Origin: Raillietiella orientalis | Taxonomy: Eukaryota | Direction: 5' to 3' | Assembly: GCA_036172245.1 (NCBI GenBank) | Contig: JAYWIR010000009.1 | Coordinates: 2,232,001-2,296,000, forward strand | DNA length: 64,000 nucleotides | Part shown: piece by piece, positions 62,900 through 64,000 of the stretch | Layout: every line of letters begins with the position of its first letter | Numbering within the stretch: position 1 is the stretch's first letter | Position numbers and translations under genes: made by a program | The notes under the pieces: generated by a model | What the model was told of the DNA's origin: nothing | Database searches by the model: none | What the model saw: the letters and a program-made list of their open reading frames with translations, nothing else

Positions 62900-63990
62900 G
62901 GGGCTATCGATAGCAAATACGGGATTTCCAACGGATGTTCAATCCAAGTATTCTTCCTTCTTCTTTGCTGGGGTCGCTGAATACGGTTTCAAGGTGGGCT
63001 AGAAAGTTCGAGAACCAACGGTGCAACTTTTCTAGCCGCCGGATCGAATTTCGTACTGCACTCAACAGTGATGGAACAGGCAGGACATTCAACATGCAGA
63101 GGACCACTCACTCGTAGGCATTAATCATGGGTCCCCTCCCCCGCTGATTATTTCCTCTGAACGACCACAGCTGGATGGTTGGTTACGACAGTGGACCATC
63201 CGGTTTTCGACTAACCGCGTTGACGTGTTTTGACGGCTTCGTGCGGCGGCGTTGGATGGAAATCGACTCGTCAATGGAAACTTGCTGTCGACCTTCGTGC
63301 CCTCCGTTACCCGGAGCCCTTTGTAAGGGGTTTTGAATGTCTTCTACTTTCATTCGAATCTGATTGCAACGATCAGCAACGTCGTCATGTCAGCCGATAG
63401 ACCTAATAATCTTCTCCAATGCTTGTCCGCTTGCATATAACTCTTGCCGCGCTGCTGCATCTTGGGATGCTTCCACGGTATACAGATCTCCATTCACAGA
63501 CTGTTTTCATTTTCCCGTTTTCCTTATTCGACAACGGTGCTTTGTGATCGCAAGAGCTTTCTGCTGCAGTGTGGCACACGGAGGACCTCTGGGATCCATC
63601 TGGCGGGAACGGTTCTTCTGGGACAGCGACTGACGTCAACGGCTGCTTTCGATCTGTGCCAGTTGCATTGAAAGCGGCAAACCAGGAAAGGTTGCCATTG
63701 CCATTCCTTCCTAATGCGGGTGAGGCGCGCGCGGTCCTCGAAAGCCACTCTAAGTGCCACTCGTTCTCCTGCATCTGCCATTTACACTCAGTCGATAGCC
63801 TATTCGTACGGGATGGCACCCTGTTTATAAGAGCTCGACATCGCTCCTCCGACTTTCAGCCAGCATTTGTCGATGTGGAAAAAGCCCTTCGGCTATCACG
63901 ACAACTGAAAGTCCTCCTCCTGGAGGAACTCCGCTTTTGCAAGAGGGTTGGAATCTGAAAGTTTTTCTCCTTGCCTACGACGGGGAAGGA
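62900..63990 (-). mobile_element. Ty3/gypsy RNase H to integrase remnant (may continue past window end)
   Basis: FHIDKCWLKVGGAMSS (cf. FxLxTDASxxGxGAVL) near 63860 and IRRLEKLHRWF (cf. NGxVERxHRxL) near 63030. Confidence 0.35.
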
Positions 63991-64000
63991 TCATTGCTTC

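Overview
Eukaryotic (metazoan, probably arthropod) genomic DNA of roughly 50-55% GC by eye; no CRISPR array or prokaryotic operon is visible. One intact gene can be reconstructed: a minus-strand Kirre/Roughest (Neph/SYG-1 family) Ig-superfamily adhesion receptor at 40474-55426. It has 9 predicted exons with canonical GT-AG junctions and compatible phases, giving about 725 aa (5 Ig domains, TM helix, DPRYSATYGNPFLR motif, C-terminal LATHV); the ATG exon was not located. Most of the rest is heavily decayed transposon sequence: three head-to-tail L1/Tx1-like LINE remnants, about 16 Ty3/gypsy gag/pol remnants and two hAT-like transposase remnants. Also present are a diverged 5S rRNA copy, an intronless tandem-domain receptor tyrosine phosphatase pseudogene and at least five copies of a ~650-700 bp tRNA-headed SINE. 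The most striking pattern is that every recognisable coding remnant lies on the minus strand while the SINE copies occur on both strands, resembling a uni-strand (flamenco-like) piRNA cluster. TE calls come from degenerate motifs read by eye, so their boundaries are approximate.
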